A stretch of 64,000 bases of DNA from Chiloscyllium plagiosum (lineage: Eukaryota): positions 7,437,237 to 7,501,236 of the forward strand of contig NC_057735.1 of assembly GCF_004010195.1 (NCBI RefSeq), given 5' to 3'. Position 1 is the first letter of the stretch, and each line of letters begins with the position of its first letter. This document shows, piece after piece, positions 51,081 through 64,000 of this stretch. Below the pieces are notes generated by a model, which saw only the letters and a program-made list of their open reading frames with translations, was not told where the DNA came from and searched no databases. The position numbers were made by a program, and so were the translations under genes.

Positions 51081-53354
51081 ATCTGGTTAATTGACCCTTG
51101 TCTACACCTGTACCTCCATGCCTGAACTTCCATGCTGAAATCTAGTATCTTTCAGACTCTGCTCCTCTGGATGATGACTCACCAGAGGAGGCATTTGACT
51201 TATTGAGAATACAAATACAATATAAACTATGTAGTTGTCATGAAATGACAAAAGGATTGAATGAGAAAGTCAATAGCCTTAAAACTTGTCCTTAAACGTT
51301 TAGACTAAAATGTAATGTTGAATTATAGAACACATTTGCTGCCCACTAGAAAATAGACAGGCAGGGAGGGTAAGGCAATTAAAGAACATTTGCCGTAACA
51401 TCAGTGAATCTGCATAAACAGGACACTGAGCGATAACATTCATGGCTGTTCCTTTGTGAAATTAATAGCAGTGTTTGATTCTGACCTTGAAATGAAACTC
51501 AGTATCAATTAACTTCTCTCCTGAGTTATTGTCCTTCACTGTTATCTGTCCCATTCAGAACATGCATAGATTTGTAAACTTTTGCCTGTTTGAAAGCAGG
51601 TAGCCTGTTTGTGATAGTTCAGCAGAGTAGACTGCCAGGGCTCTTGAACAGCTGATGTTCTACTCTCCTGGGTTATTAGAATCCAGTTAGCCTGGTTTAT
51701 AGGTATCAGTGTTATGCTGTAATCAATGGCAAGAATAATCTCAAGAAGTTGAATTTGCTATTTGTCGCAACATGCATATATAACCCTCTGTTAGAGAACA
51801 CTTTCAAATAGTAGTCTATTGCTATAAAACAACTGAGAGAAGAAATCGGAAGAAAAGAAATTTGAAAGTTGAAAAATATTTAGCACGTTACTGTTGGGTG
51901 ATGGGGAGACTTGCTTTCAGACAAGAACAAGGGACTAATTTTTACCTGCTCAAACTCCAAGTTGTTCAGGCACAGACCTGATGCAATTGTTGCTGGGAAT
52001 CATATAGACTGGTCTCAATAGAGTAGAATTACTGCAGCAGAGAATCAGTTTCTTCTGCTGTCAATAGCCCATCAGCATAGCGACAAGGAAATGCCGTCGA
52101 CCCATGAGAAAATGATATTCTTTTAACGCAAGGTAACACCAATGACGTTTTTTCCTCACACACATTGTAACTGTTGATGAGGGAGGGGCTAGTGTGTGCT
52201 CAACACACGTCCAGTTCATCACAAACCTTTGCCTGATTTGTTGCCAGTTCTAGAATTCCCTTCAGAACTGACATGTGAAATGATACCTTGTGCTCAATGC
52301 AAGTGGAGCCTTAAATGTTTTCTTTTCTAGGCACTCAATGAAGCAGATGGCCATAATGTGACCAAAGTGGGAAAATGAAGATCACCAGACTACGTACATG
52401 TGGACTGGAGAAGGAAGAAACAAAAACAAAAACAAAATCAAAAGCCTTTTCATTGAATTGTTGTGTCTCTATCTGCACCTTAGTGTTAACCTATTGTTCT
52501 AGCACTTCCTGGTTGCACAACTGGAATGGTTTGAAACTGATACAAAAATTGCTGGTGAAACTCAGCAGGTTTGGCCACATCTGCAGGAAGAAAGCAATGT
52601 GAACATTTTGATCCAGTGACTCTTCGGCAGAAGTCTTCTGGACATGAAACATTTAATCTACTCTCCTCCCATAGACGCCACAAGACGTGCTGAGTTTCCA
52701 GCAATTTCTGTTTCTGTTTCAGATTACCAGCTTTTCCAGTTTGTTTTTGTATTATGTTAGAATCGCTTGATATTTTTGTCATGAATTATGTCAATTGCTA
52801 AGTTTGTAAATATCATGAACACATAAGATTGTTCCGTAATAAATACTCATTCACTGGAAGCTAATGATTCAAATAATATTTCTCACTTTTACTGAGTTGG
52901 AATGATATACTATCATAACAGGATTGTCAGCTGGTCTTGTAGTGTAATGCAGATACAGGAAGCTACATATTGTCACAACTCACTGGGGTAGTGCACAGGA
53001 AATCAATCACCAATATTCCTGAACACATCACAAATGTGAAAATTTAATTAAACACTCAAATTGCACAATTTTATCTCACTATCTAATTCCGATCAGAAGG
53101 AGATACACATCACATTTATTTCATTAACAAAACAAAAGGGCGAGCAAATTAGATATCACTCCATAGAAGACATATTTATCACACGTGAGTAATGTGATAT
53201 ATTAATTTTCATGCTAAAACAATGCCTGATATGTAGGTAAGACATTCCAAGGACTGGTGATGATATCAAATAGCATATCCTTTCTGCTGTTAGCAAAACC
53301 ACAAGGTGCTGAATGTACTCCATGATCCCAGTCTTGCAAAATCTGCAACATTAG

Positions 53355-54705
53355 AACAGAATCTGCAATTGCTGGAGGAACTCAGCTGGATAATCTGAAG
53401 CATAAACAGAAACTGCTGGAGGAACTCAGCAGGTCTGGCAGCATTTGTCAATGTTCCAGATCCAGTGACACTTCTTCAGACCTGCTAGTAACTACAAAAG
53501 GTGGTATACATGCTGAAGACAGGGTGTGAATGAAGCTGAAAGTGTAAGTAAGTAGGTAGAGAGACAAAGACAGTTAGGCAGACAAAGGGATAAATAACAG
53601 TAAGCCTTGGAGGATGGTTAGCTGATAATGGGGACCATAAGTAGGTGAAAATAGGTTGGCAGTACTGAAAGGAGCCCATGTCATGACAGGGCCAAGAGTG
53701 TGGGGGATGGAGAAAGAATACCGAGGAAGATGTTTGAGTTTTAAAATTATTAAACTTGATATTGTGTCTGAGGCTGCAGGGGCCCTGAATGGAAACTTTG
53801 ATGAGATGATGAGATTTCCCGGTCAGCCCCATGGCTTCTGCTTGTTTCTGCCCCACAGAAACTATCTCTTTCTACTATGATTTGATTTTCATTTTCCCCA
53901 TATCCAATTCCTTCTCACTTACAGCTGTGATTCTTGTAATACTCTACATTAGTTTCAGAATTTCCACTTTGTGGGCACCAAGCTCCTCCTCTTCACCATG
54001 GTCATGTACTTCCTTCACACGTTCATCCCCAATATTTGAGCTTGCCACCTCCTCCTGACCATCCGCCATCACCCTCCTTCACCTGGCCAAATTCTTCATC
54101 ACTGTGAACAACTTCTTCTTTAACTCCCCTAAATTTCTTCAGTTAAAGGTGTGGCCATGGATACCCACATGGGTCCCAGTTCCGTCTGTCTCTTCGTGGG
54201 ATACTTGGAACATTCCTTGCTCCAATCCAACTCAGGCCGTCTCACTACATCTCTTTATCTAGTACATCAGTGCTTCTCCTCTCTCTGGTTCAGAGTTGGA
54301 AAAATTTATCAATTTCACCTCCATTTCCAGCCTGCTCCCACCTTCACCTGATCTATCTATCTTCTTCAATGCTGTTTACCCTCCCTCGTACACCTGGCCT
54401 TTCAGCACAGTCAGCCCATTTTCATTGATCTATGGTCCTGATTATCAGCTTTTTCTCATTCCTGGGCTTACTATCATCCTTTTGTCAATCTGACTGTTTT
54501 GGTTTCTTTCTGGGTTCCACCTATACACTTAATCCACCCCTCCCCCATCCAGGTCTATGGCACATATACCACCATTTCCGAGCTACTAATAGCTCTGAAG
54601 AAGGTTACTTGACCTGAAACATTAATTCTACTTCCTGTCCATAGCTGCTGCCAGAACAAGTGTGTTTCTTCAGCATTTTTTGTTTTGTTTCATATTTCCA
54701 ACATC
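53355..54705. mobile_element. Older Penelope-like element with RT remnant and inverted terminal parts
   Basis: GVAMDTHMGPSSVCLFVGYLE (PLE RT motif GxAMGxxxGPxxAxLF) at 54148; pseudo-LTR-like ends on opposite strands incl. ctgaagaagg...gaaac at 54595. Confidence 0.7.
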
Positions 54706-57515
54706 TCATGGGACAGTCCTATTAGGTTTTATGTCCAACATTCAGACATGGATTTCTAAAACATCTAACAATTAAACATTACAAAGCCTGAAGCCATTAA
54801 CTTTCTGACCAACTGTTACCTATGCACTGACTCATCACTAACCCTTACCATAACTCATAGGAACAAAGGAGCAACAGCAATTAGCAATGTTCTAATATCT
54901 ACTGCCATTTGTGGAAGAGAGTTTCAAACATCTAATATCCTTTGTGTGTAGAAGTGCTTTCTAATATCTCCCCTGAATAGTTTGGCCCTCATTTTCATTC
55001 TGTGTCCCCTTGTTCTAGAACCCCAAACCAATGGAAAAATTTCTCATTATCTACTTTTTAACTTTATCTCTCTTGTCTAATCTCACTTACTGTCACTAAA
55101 TTTCTCACCTAACTATTGTGATGGTCCCCTCCTGGGGCCTCCCATCATCTGCCTTATATCAATTTAAATCTCTCCAAACTGTCTACAATCTGAATCCTGA
55201 CTTGAACAAAGTTAACTCATCAGCCCTGCACTCTCTGATTTACTTTAGTTACCAGTCCTCAGTATCTCAGTACCTCAGTTTATAAAATTATTTTTCTTGT
55301 GTTCAAATCCCTTCTTGGCTTCACTCATTCTTTTCTTTCTAACCCGGTCTGTGAAATCACTGTTCCACTTTATCATTTCAACATCCTATTGCCTCACGAT
55401 TAGCAGCAAAATGTCTGAATTTGTCTAATTGCTCAACTCTAGTGTTCTCTCCCCTGAATCAGTTACACTCCTTTCGACACATTTCTGTCACTACTTTAAT
55501 TTGGCAACAACATTTGTCTGATCATTTGTGAAATACTTTGCAAAGTTTTTGCAATTTTGGAAGTGCAATACAAATATAAGTTATTGCTATCATTGATCAT
55601 TCCAATGATGGATCTCAAGAAAGATAAACAAGAATGTTTCTCAAGCCACTGCTGTTGTTAATGAGAGTTTTATCGCTGTAGGTTTATTAAGCAATTTTTT
55701 TTCTCTATGTGTAACAGATTGACTTTGGAAACGTTCCTCTATTTTTCATGGTTAAAGGTTTTTTTTCTATGTGGAATGTTTCTGGTGAAAGTTCTATCCT
55801 AAATAAAGACAAATTTAGTTTTAGTTCAATTCCATTAACTCCTCAAATGCTTCGATGGTTGGTGAGGATTGCAGAGAAAGAGTTGGGTTTCGAAAATAAT
55901 CTGAAATGATTAAGATTCACAGGGTTCTGTTTTGAAAGGATGACTAAAAGAAGCAATGGTGACATGAGGAAATTTATTTTACATTTTGAGTAGTTAGGAT
56001 CTAGAATGCCCTAGCCAAAAGTGTCGGGCGCGTTAGGTTCAAGAGGGAGTTGGATGATTACGTGAAGGGAAAACAATTTCCAGGACCTCAAGGAAATGGT
56101 GGGAAAGTGGCTTGAGGCAACATATTCTTGTAGAGAGTCAGCATGGACATGATGCCTTTGTGCTGCAATCATTCTATGGCTCTAAATGTTCAGGATTATT
56201 GCAGCTTTTAAATCTCAGGTATGTTTGAAGCAGTTAGAAAATTATATGCACATTCTTAAGGATGGTGTGAAAACGACTGGAAGTGTTAGGTACAAAATTA
56301 AGAGCTGTGTTTGCAAATGTGAAATGAAGGACTGCATTGTTAAAGGAATAAAAATAAAGTACTGCAGATGTCGGACATCTGAAATAAAAACAGAAAGTGC
56401 TGGAGAAACTCAGTAGATCTAGCAGCTTCTGTGGAGAGAAAAACAGAGTTAGTATTTTACATCCAATGACCCTTGTTTGAACTAGAACACAAATTCGGAG
56501 AGAAAACTAACATTTATAGTGCATGAGAGGAGACACTGCTGAATGGTTAGCAAGTGGACTCTGAAAAATAGATGCAAAGCCATGGAGAATACAGAGAGTA
56601 ATGCTGATTGACAATTAACAGCAATACTTTTATTATTCTTTAAGCCAACAAGGTTCACTCTGATTGGACAGAACATTGCTTTGAGAACTAAACCAGTCAA
56701 TGTCTGTCAGACATTTTGTTGATTTGAAACAGATGTTATGTGTCACCATAAGACCAGAAGATCAAGGAGCAGAATTCATTTGGTCCATTGAGTCTCCTCT
56801 CTCATTCGATCATAGTTGATATGTTTCTCAAACCCATTCTCCTGTGGTCTCCCTGTAACCTTTGGTTCCCTTACTAATCAAGAATCTGTCGCTGTCTTAA
56901 ATACACGCAATGGCTTGGCCCCCACAGCAACCTGCAGCAATGACCTCACCTCACCTCCGTTCTGAACAGTCATCCCTTCACTCTGAGACTATTGACCAAA
57001 TGCTGGAAAGTGGGATTAGCACAGATAATTTGGTGCAGACTCGATGGGCTGAAGAGCCTTTTCTGTGCTTTGTGACACTACATTCATCTCATTGCAAAAG
57101 ACTGAAAGAAAAGAATAAGGAGTAGTGCAGTAATTGAATGTGAGCTCTGGTCAGACACAGATCAAGAATTGCTCCATGTTTAAGGACTGAGTCATGTAAA
57201 GATTCATTACTTTGGTTCCTGGGTTGAGAGAGCTGCCCTCTGGTGAGAAAGTGAGTAAGGTGTACCTATACCTTCTTGATTGTAGAAGAATAAGAGGTAA
57301 TCTTAACTAAATGTACTGAAGGATTCTAAAGGAGCTTGACAGTTAGAATTTTAAGTGTGAAATTGTTTCCCATGGTTGAGAATCTGGAAAATATGAGCAA
57401 TGTCTGAGGATATGTGACCAATTGTAGTGGACTGAGATTCTTCACATGAATCCCATCACGAAAGGTACCAGTGCTTGTGCCATACTTATTTAGAATCTAA
57501 ATTAATAATTCCAGC

Positions 57516-58175
57516 TGTCACAAAGCTCGTCCTTTTTTTACTAAAAGCTGTTCCTTGGCTCAAGGACACTCTGTCCTTGATGTTTTACAGAGGGCCAATA
57601 AACCAGGCCGGGCTCCAATCAGTCTGGTTTGGTACAGAGATGAAAAGGATTTTGAGAGGCCTTTTGTTTATATGTAAAAAGATGAGACTTCAGGCCAAAG
57701 TGGTCATGCTTTAGAAATGACCTGTATAAAGAAAGGGGAGTGGTCAGCTCTCTAGCTAGCTGAGCTGAACAGTTTAGTTCAGTCTTGAATTGATTGGAAG
57801 TTCAACAAGGAGCTGTGTGGAAACACTCTCTCTCTCTCTCTTCTTTCTGCCCTTCAACTTCAACCTGTAAGCATGTGCTCCATTTATACTGGTTTTTAAA
57901 GGGAGTTTACTTATTGGGACTGTTGTATATATTCGGAACAGTATAACTAAGTCTAGTTTAGATAGACTGAATTCTGTAAGGGCCCTTTATTCCATTCTTT
58001 GTGATTCATTGTGTAATTTTGTGAATAAATGTTTTACTGTTTTAAAATCTAGTAGTCAACCTAGCTAACTTACACTGGGTAATTTTCACTGTACACTTCC
58101 TGAAACAAGTTGCAAAGTTATGGTCTGCGCTGCCTGTTTAAGAATGTTTTGAGTGGTTTGGCCTAGTCCATAGCA
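57516..58175 (+). repeat. 5' LTR of Gmr1-type element
   Basis: Direct repeat of 61306-61959. Confidence 0.93.
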
Positions 58176-61100
58176 GATTGGGGACTTTTGCGGGATTTTA
58201 AACAGTGAGTGGTAGGTGCTAGTGTCTTTATTTCTGGCGTTGGTTTGGTTGGGTAGACAAAGCTTGGGATCGGAATGGCTCTTTCAGTCGCCAAACATTC
58301 TCTGGATGTGGATGCGGTGACTTTGGAAGGTTTGCAAAAGGTGAATAAGACAAAGTTGCAGGAATTAACAGAAGCTAGAATTGGAACTGCCTGCTTCTGT
58401 GAGGATAAGAGAGATCATTATAGCAGTAGCTCAGCATTTAAACTTGCTGGAGAAACTATCAGAATCTATAGAGATGGGAAGAATTCAATTGCAAATGAAG
58501 CAGCTTGAGTTAGAGGCGAGACATAAGGAAAGGGCAGCAGTAATGGAGCAGTTTGGGTTACAATTAGAAGCAGAAGAGAGGGATAAAGAGAGAACTTTTG
58601 AACTTCAAAAACTGACACTTAAAAAGTCAGCTTAAAAGGCTAGAGATGAAGGTTAAGGGTAGGCTCAGTGATGAAGTCATGCAAACTCATGTGGAAGAGC
58701 AGAGAAAACAGCAAAGTTAGCAGGTGAAATGGCTGATGATTATGAGCTGGTCCATAAAACTCGGTTTGGCTTCCAGCATCAATTTCAGTCCATGAGGGAT
58801 GGAAATTGGGGCAAAGAGAAATCCTCATGTGGAAAGGGAAAGGTAGATCTCAGTGAAGATCATAAAGATAATTTACCACAGGGTAAGAAGGAAACCATTA
58901 AGGGAGATAAAGAAGTTAAGTGTTTTCACTGTAATAAAGTGGGCCACACAAAATCACATTGTTGGTGGGCTAGGACAAAGCCAGATGTAGGAAAACCAGA
59001 CAAGCCTGGAGGTTTTGTTGGACTAGTAACAAAAAGCACAAGGGATGTCAGACAACTGCCTCAGAGTGTACAAAATAATCAGAGGTTGGTTACAGAAGAA
59101 GTGCCAGATCTGCTTAAAAAATATACATGCAACGGGTAAAGTTTATTCACATAGGACAGGGGCAATAGGTAAGGAGGTTACTACATTAAGGGACGCAGGA
59201 TCCTCTTAGTCTGTAATGCTGAAGGATGAGGAGGTATGCACTCCTGAGGGACTATTGCCAGCAAAGGTAATGTAACAGGAATTCATGGTGAGACAAAAAG
59301 TGCTCAATTATGTAAAGTGAGGCGAGAGACTCCAGAGAAGAGTGGAGAATTTGTGGTAGGAGTACTGATTAGACAGTATTTAAAAGTATCACGGCATACA
59401 ATGAAACAGGAAGCAGATAAGGAATCGCAAATTCGCAATTTTGCAATTGGGTATGAGGTATTGGTGTTACTTCCAGTAACAGGTGAGCTTTTAAAAGCAA
59501 GGTTTAGTGGACCGTATCAAATCAAGAGGAAATTGAGTGAGGTGAACTATTTGATAAGGACTCCAGATAGGAAGAAATCTCACAGAGTGTGTCATGTGAA
59601 TATACTCAAAAGGTATTTTGATAGGGAAGGAAAGCAAGAGAAGAAGGTATTAATGATTACAGCACAGAAGGAAGAGACAAGTTCAAAGGAGTCTGAATTG
59701 GACATTCCCCAAATCAAATTGGACAATGAGGAAGTTGTCAAAAATTAGGATAAATTATTGAGTTACCTTCCACAACAAAATTAAAATGATCAGAAAGAAT
59801 TATTACTATCACATGGGGATATATGTGGAAGTAATCCTGGAAGTACTAATCTAATTGTCCATGATGTAGATATAGAAGATGCTGTTCTAATTAAGCAACA
59901 TTCTTACAGGCATAAAACTCTAGAGGTTCAGAAGGAGATGGAGTGCATGATCTAAGATGGCATAATCGAACTGAGTTACAGTGACTGGAGCTCACCCATA
60001 GTCATGGTGCCAAAGCCAGGTAGTACCTAACAGTTAAGTGTGTACTATCACAAAGGCAACATAGTTACAAAGACTGATTCGTTTCCAATTCCACGATTGG
60101 TGGACTGTGTTGAAAAAGTGGGACAAGCAACATACAATTCGAAGTTGGACTTGCTCATAGGCTACTGGCAAGTACCTCTGTCAGAGAAAGCAAAGGCAGT
60201 TTCGGCTTTTTTAAAGCCAAATGGACTACATCAGTTCAAAGTCATTTGGTACGAAAAATGCTCCAGCCACATTTCAGAGACTGACTCATAAGGTCACTGC
60301 GGGATTCCCCAACTGTGTGGTATACAATGATGATCTGGTGATTTTTAGTCACTCATGGAGGGAACATTTACAGCATTTATTAGGCTTGTTCGATCGACTT
60401 CGGAAGGCAGGCTTGGTAGTAAACCTGGCTAAAAGTGAGTTTGCCAAAGCCTGAGTCACCTTCCTGGGCCATGCTATTGGACATGGGCAAATGGCCCCAC
60501 AGGATACAAAAATGAAAATAATTGGGGAATTTCCCAAAACCATTGACGAGAAAAGCAGTACTACAGTTCCTGGGGTTGAATGGATTTTACCGAAGTTTGT
60601 ACCGAATTTTAGCAGTGTGGTTGCTCCACTCACCGAATTGTTAAGAAAGGCAAGAAGTTTCAGTGGACAGTGGACCCTCAAAAGGCAATTGACAGCCTAA
60701 ACACTATGTTAACCACTGCCCCAATATTAGCCACACCGGATTACATGAAACCTTTCAAGGTGGCTATTGATGCCAGTGATGTGGGTGTCGATGCGACGCT
60801 CCTGCAGGAGGATTGATGAACAGATAGAACGATCCATTGGGTATTTTTCCAGGAAGTTGAACATTCATTGACAGAGATATTCAATAGTAGAGAAAGAGAC
60901 TTTAAGCTTTGTGTTGGCATTACAAGATTTCAGTGTTTATATTACCAGCAATGCATCTGAGACAATCGTATACACTGATCATAACCCATTGACATTTGTG
61001 GAAACATTTAAGGACAAAAATGCCAGGCTGTTTAGATGGAGCTTGTTGCTGCAGCCGTTCAATTTGACAATTGTGCAGGTGGCAGGTCGCGAAAACATGA

Positions 61101-61305
61101 TTGCCGATGTGTTATTGAGACTTGAATGAGATACGGAGGCATTCAGTAGTGGGTGTACCGCGGCCTGAATTTGCATCTGGTTGTGCAAGTTTGCATGATT
61201 ATGTGTAGTAGGGTGTATATATGTGTTGGGACTAACCTGGTTTTGAAGGGTGAAAAATGAAGCCATCTTTTGGTATTGATGATACATTTTTTTTAAGGAG
61301 GGAGA

Positions 61306-61959
61306 TGTCACAAAGCTAGTCCCTTTTTCTTTCAAAAAGCTGTTCCTTGGCTCAAGGAGACTGTATCCTTGATTTTTTTCAGAGGGGCAATAAATCAGGC
61401 AGGGCTCCAATCAGTCTGGTTTGGTACAGAGATGAAAAGGATTTTGAGAGGCCTTTTGTTTACATGTAAACAGATGAGACTTCAGACTAAAGTGGTCATG
61501 ATTTAAAAGTGACCTGTATAAAGAAAGGGCAATGGTCAGCTCTCTAGCTGAGCTGAGCAGTTTTAGTTCAGTCTTGAGCTGGTGAGAGGTTCAACAGGGA
61601 GCTGTGTGGAAACTCTCTCTATCTTTTTTTCTGCCCTTCAATTTCAACCTGTAAGCATGTGTTTCACTTATACTGGGTTTTAAAGGGAGTTTGCTATTTG
61701 GGACTGTTGTGTATATTTGGAACACCATAATTAAGTCCAGTTGGATAGGTTGAGTTCTGCAAGGGTTATTTATTCTGTTCTTTGTGTTTCATTGTGTAAT
61801 TTTGTGAATAAATTTTTTGAATGCTTTAAAATCTAGTACTCAACCTTGTTTACTTACTCCAGGTAATTTTCACTGTACACTTACCAAAAGAAATTGCAAA
61901 GTTATAGTCTGAGCTGCCTGCTTAAGAAGGTTTTGAGTGGTCTGGTTTGGCCCATAACA
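61306..61959 (+). repeat. 3' LTR of Gmr1-type element
   Basis: Direct repeat of 57516-58175, preceded by PPT. Confidence 0.93.
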
Positions 61960-64000
61960 CAGTAAAGAGACTGAAATGGATACCTCTATGTTTACTAACA
62001 GTATTAAGCAAGGTGAAAATGTGATCTCTGAAGGCGACACACAGAGGCTTCAAGGAATGATTGTTTGAAAATCTCTGGCCAGTTTGATTGTGGATGCTTT
62101 TATCATTGAATTTATTTCAGGATGAAATAAAAAGATTTTCATCTATGAGAATCAAGGATATAGAAAAAGGGTGGAAAATTGATTTAAGGTCAATGATCAG
62201 CCAAGATGTTATTGAATGGCAGAGTAAGTTCAAGTGACAGTAAAGCCTACTCCTGCCCCTCCTTCTTCAGTACTTGTTTCATCATCTGCTTCACAATGGT
62301 TTCATCACTGGGCTTCCTGTTATCTTCTTCTTCTTTTAAATTATTTCCACAGTTATATCAGGCATTTATTTCAATATCAGAACTAAGAGCTTGGTGACTG
62401 AGGACAAGCAGTGATAAGCTCTTTGTGAACAAGATATGTGGAGTATCGTTCTTCTCATTTGTTCCCTGCCTGGTGAGTGTCAGTCAGAGCTGAATAATTT
62501 GTATTTGTTTAAATCTGGTATACAGGTTATAGGGTAGAGATGTTAAAGTACTTGGAGGCATGAAATGGTTTAAAAGAATCAGCAAACAATAATGAACGAT
62601 ATTTTGGCAAAGTTCAGTAGCCTTTCAACTGCACAATTGGACCACGGAAATATTTATCACTATGTACTAAACCAGAGTATTGATTGTAAATAGTAACTAA
62701 TAAGAATCATACCATTGTTTGATAATCTGGGTAGTCATCAAAACATAAAAATAACCTGTTTAAGATGTAAAAAAAAAATTGAATATCCTATTGTCCAATA
62801 TACAGAGAAGTCTGCAGTGGTAAAAATATTTCAAATGGAATATGTCTTAAGTTTGCAATTGTTTCTGTTATTTAAAGCACTTTGATAAAATGTTGTTCTA
62901 ACAGTCACAGTATCACTGATCAACTGTTTGCATATATTACTCACAATAGAAAACTGTTTTCTTCTTACTCTTAAACATCAAACACCTCAGTTTAGCTTTT
63001 ATCCCTACAATTCTATATTAACCTTAAAATGTTATGCTATAACAGAATTGTAATGAATCGCACCCATTTCTCTGCTACTAATGGCAAGTATGTTTTCTCA
63101 CCAGAATGCTAAACTCACCCATTCCTGCATCATGAATCTGATTTCTTTTGCATTCAGCCTGTTGATAAAAAAATCATGCCTCTAATTTACTATTTACAAA
63201 AACATATTTCACAACTGACCAAATGTACTTCTGCATTTTCAACTGAAACATGCTCCAGTCTATCATTCTTCCTGTTTGCAATACTTCGTCTTTCCAATCT
63301 GATTTATCTTCTTTTCCCTTACCTTGTCTTCCCTTTTTAATCCTTTCTGCAATCGTTTTGCTATACTCTCTGCTTCTCCACACAATTTTTGGTATTCTAT
63401 TTCAGTATAAACTATTTCCCCATTTGCAAGTTTCTCCTCAGCAAGGTAACCTGGCCTATTACATGTTCAAAGACCATTTTTGCATTCTCTGCAGGTCATT
63501 CCTCCTCTGACAACTTCACATTGCCTGGAATCTGAACCCTGTCCCACTGAAACATTTCTCCCATAAGATAATTACTCTCCTTGTCTTATTCTTATACTGG
63601 CTGCCCTAATGTAATGGGAATAACCCTGGGCTAAGTGTCAGTTGCATTGAGGCTTTCAGACAGATTCTCATCATGAAATGTCTTGCTACTTTTAACCAAA
63701 TCAGAAGTAACTCACAAGTCAACAAATATTGCAAACAGACTGCCATCCCTTGTACCTGCACTATCTCAATATGCCTGTTATGGATGTAGACAAATACCGT
63801 TAGTCTAAAGTTGCCAGTCTGGTCTGAGGTTGCCATACTGGCCAGTACAGTCTCAACCATCTGGAGGAAGATACAGCATTGTAGAAAGAAGGTCAACAAG
63901 CTTCTCCACTTCTCCAGTATGAGTCCCACTATCTTCTGCCCAATACATCATATTCCCTACCTCTCTCTCTCTTTCTCTCTCTCTCTGCACTACTCACCTC

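Larger units (their letters stand above)
45500..52130 (+). mobile_element. Decayed endogenous retrovirus, epsilon/class I-like: gag - (PR/RT deleted) - RNaseH - IN - env - putative 3' LTR
   Basis: gag with CFNCNEPGHWSRDC knuckle (47048-47089); connection AVLTQ...[19 protein letters not shown]; RNaseH SAQQAELLAL...IYTDSRHAFG...GNNATDAAAK; IN HTHTH..CLIC, LDFIELP, EKANGTLK, WKGPYQVLLTT; env TM. Putative LTR from TG at 51262 after a purine tract. Outer edges uncertain; no 5' LTR found. Confidence 0.9.
57516..61959 (+). mobile_element. Gmr1-type Ty3/Gypsy LTR retrotransposon, internally deleted, both LTRs present
   Basis: LTRs 57516-58175 and 61306-61959 (TG...CA); TSD cagc/cagt; degenerate tRNA-Pro PBS tggggacttttgcgggat (58179); PPT aaggagggaga; gag CFHCNKVGHTKSHC; PR LRDAGS; IN C-term RFSGPY; RT LDLLIGYWQV, VVYNDDL; RNaseH YTDHNPL...ENMIADVL. 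Confidence 0.93.

Noticed and set aside
52331-52450. Terminal exon after strong acceptor ttttcttttctag
   Set aside because: Early stop in the phase-0 frame and no recognisable motif; kept only as a possible partner of the 34537 exon.

Overview
Eukaryotic, repeat-rich, AT-rich DNA from a cartilaginous fish (shark), inferred from many HE1-type tRNA-derived SINEs with (TAATC)n tails, CR1/HER1-type LINE fragments and shark-type Penelope repeats. I found no intact protein-coding gene. The main host feature is a decayed immunoglobulin-superfamily receptor locus on + (about 20.8-32.3 kb). It has pIgR/CD300-like V exon, C2-like exon, V exon, C2-like exon, then two intact cytoplasmic exons with two canonical ITIMs. 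All four Ig exons carry stops or frameshifts, and no convincing leader or TM exon was found. The locus is bracketed by an inverted pair of ~250-bp modules (4.05-4.3 kb and 33.6-33.85 kb). These are ~94% identical versus ~80% in the adjacent LINE sample, and are rich in PU.1/Ets, RUNX, E-box and AP-1 or NF-kB motifs. Mobile DNA: a Tigger/pogo transposase split by a MITE that contains a SINE; an epsilon-like endogenous retrovirus lacking PR/RT but with a 266-codon env-TM ORF; a two-LTR Gmr1-type Gypsy element (PR-IN-RT-RH order); and many palindromic Penelope pseudo-LTR insertions with ~14-bp TSDs carrying minimal hammerhead-ribozyme cores of two families. All coordinates were read by eye, and repeat edges are approximate.
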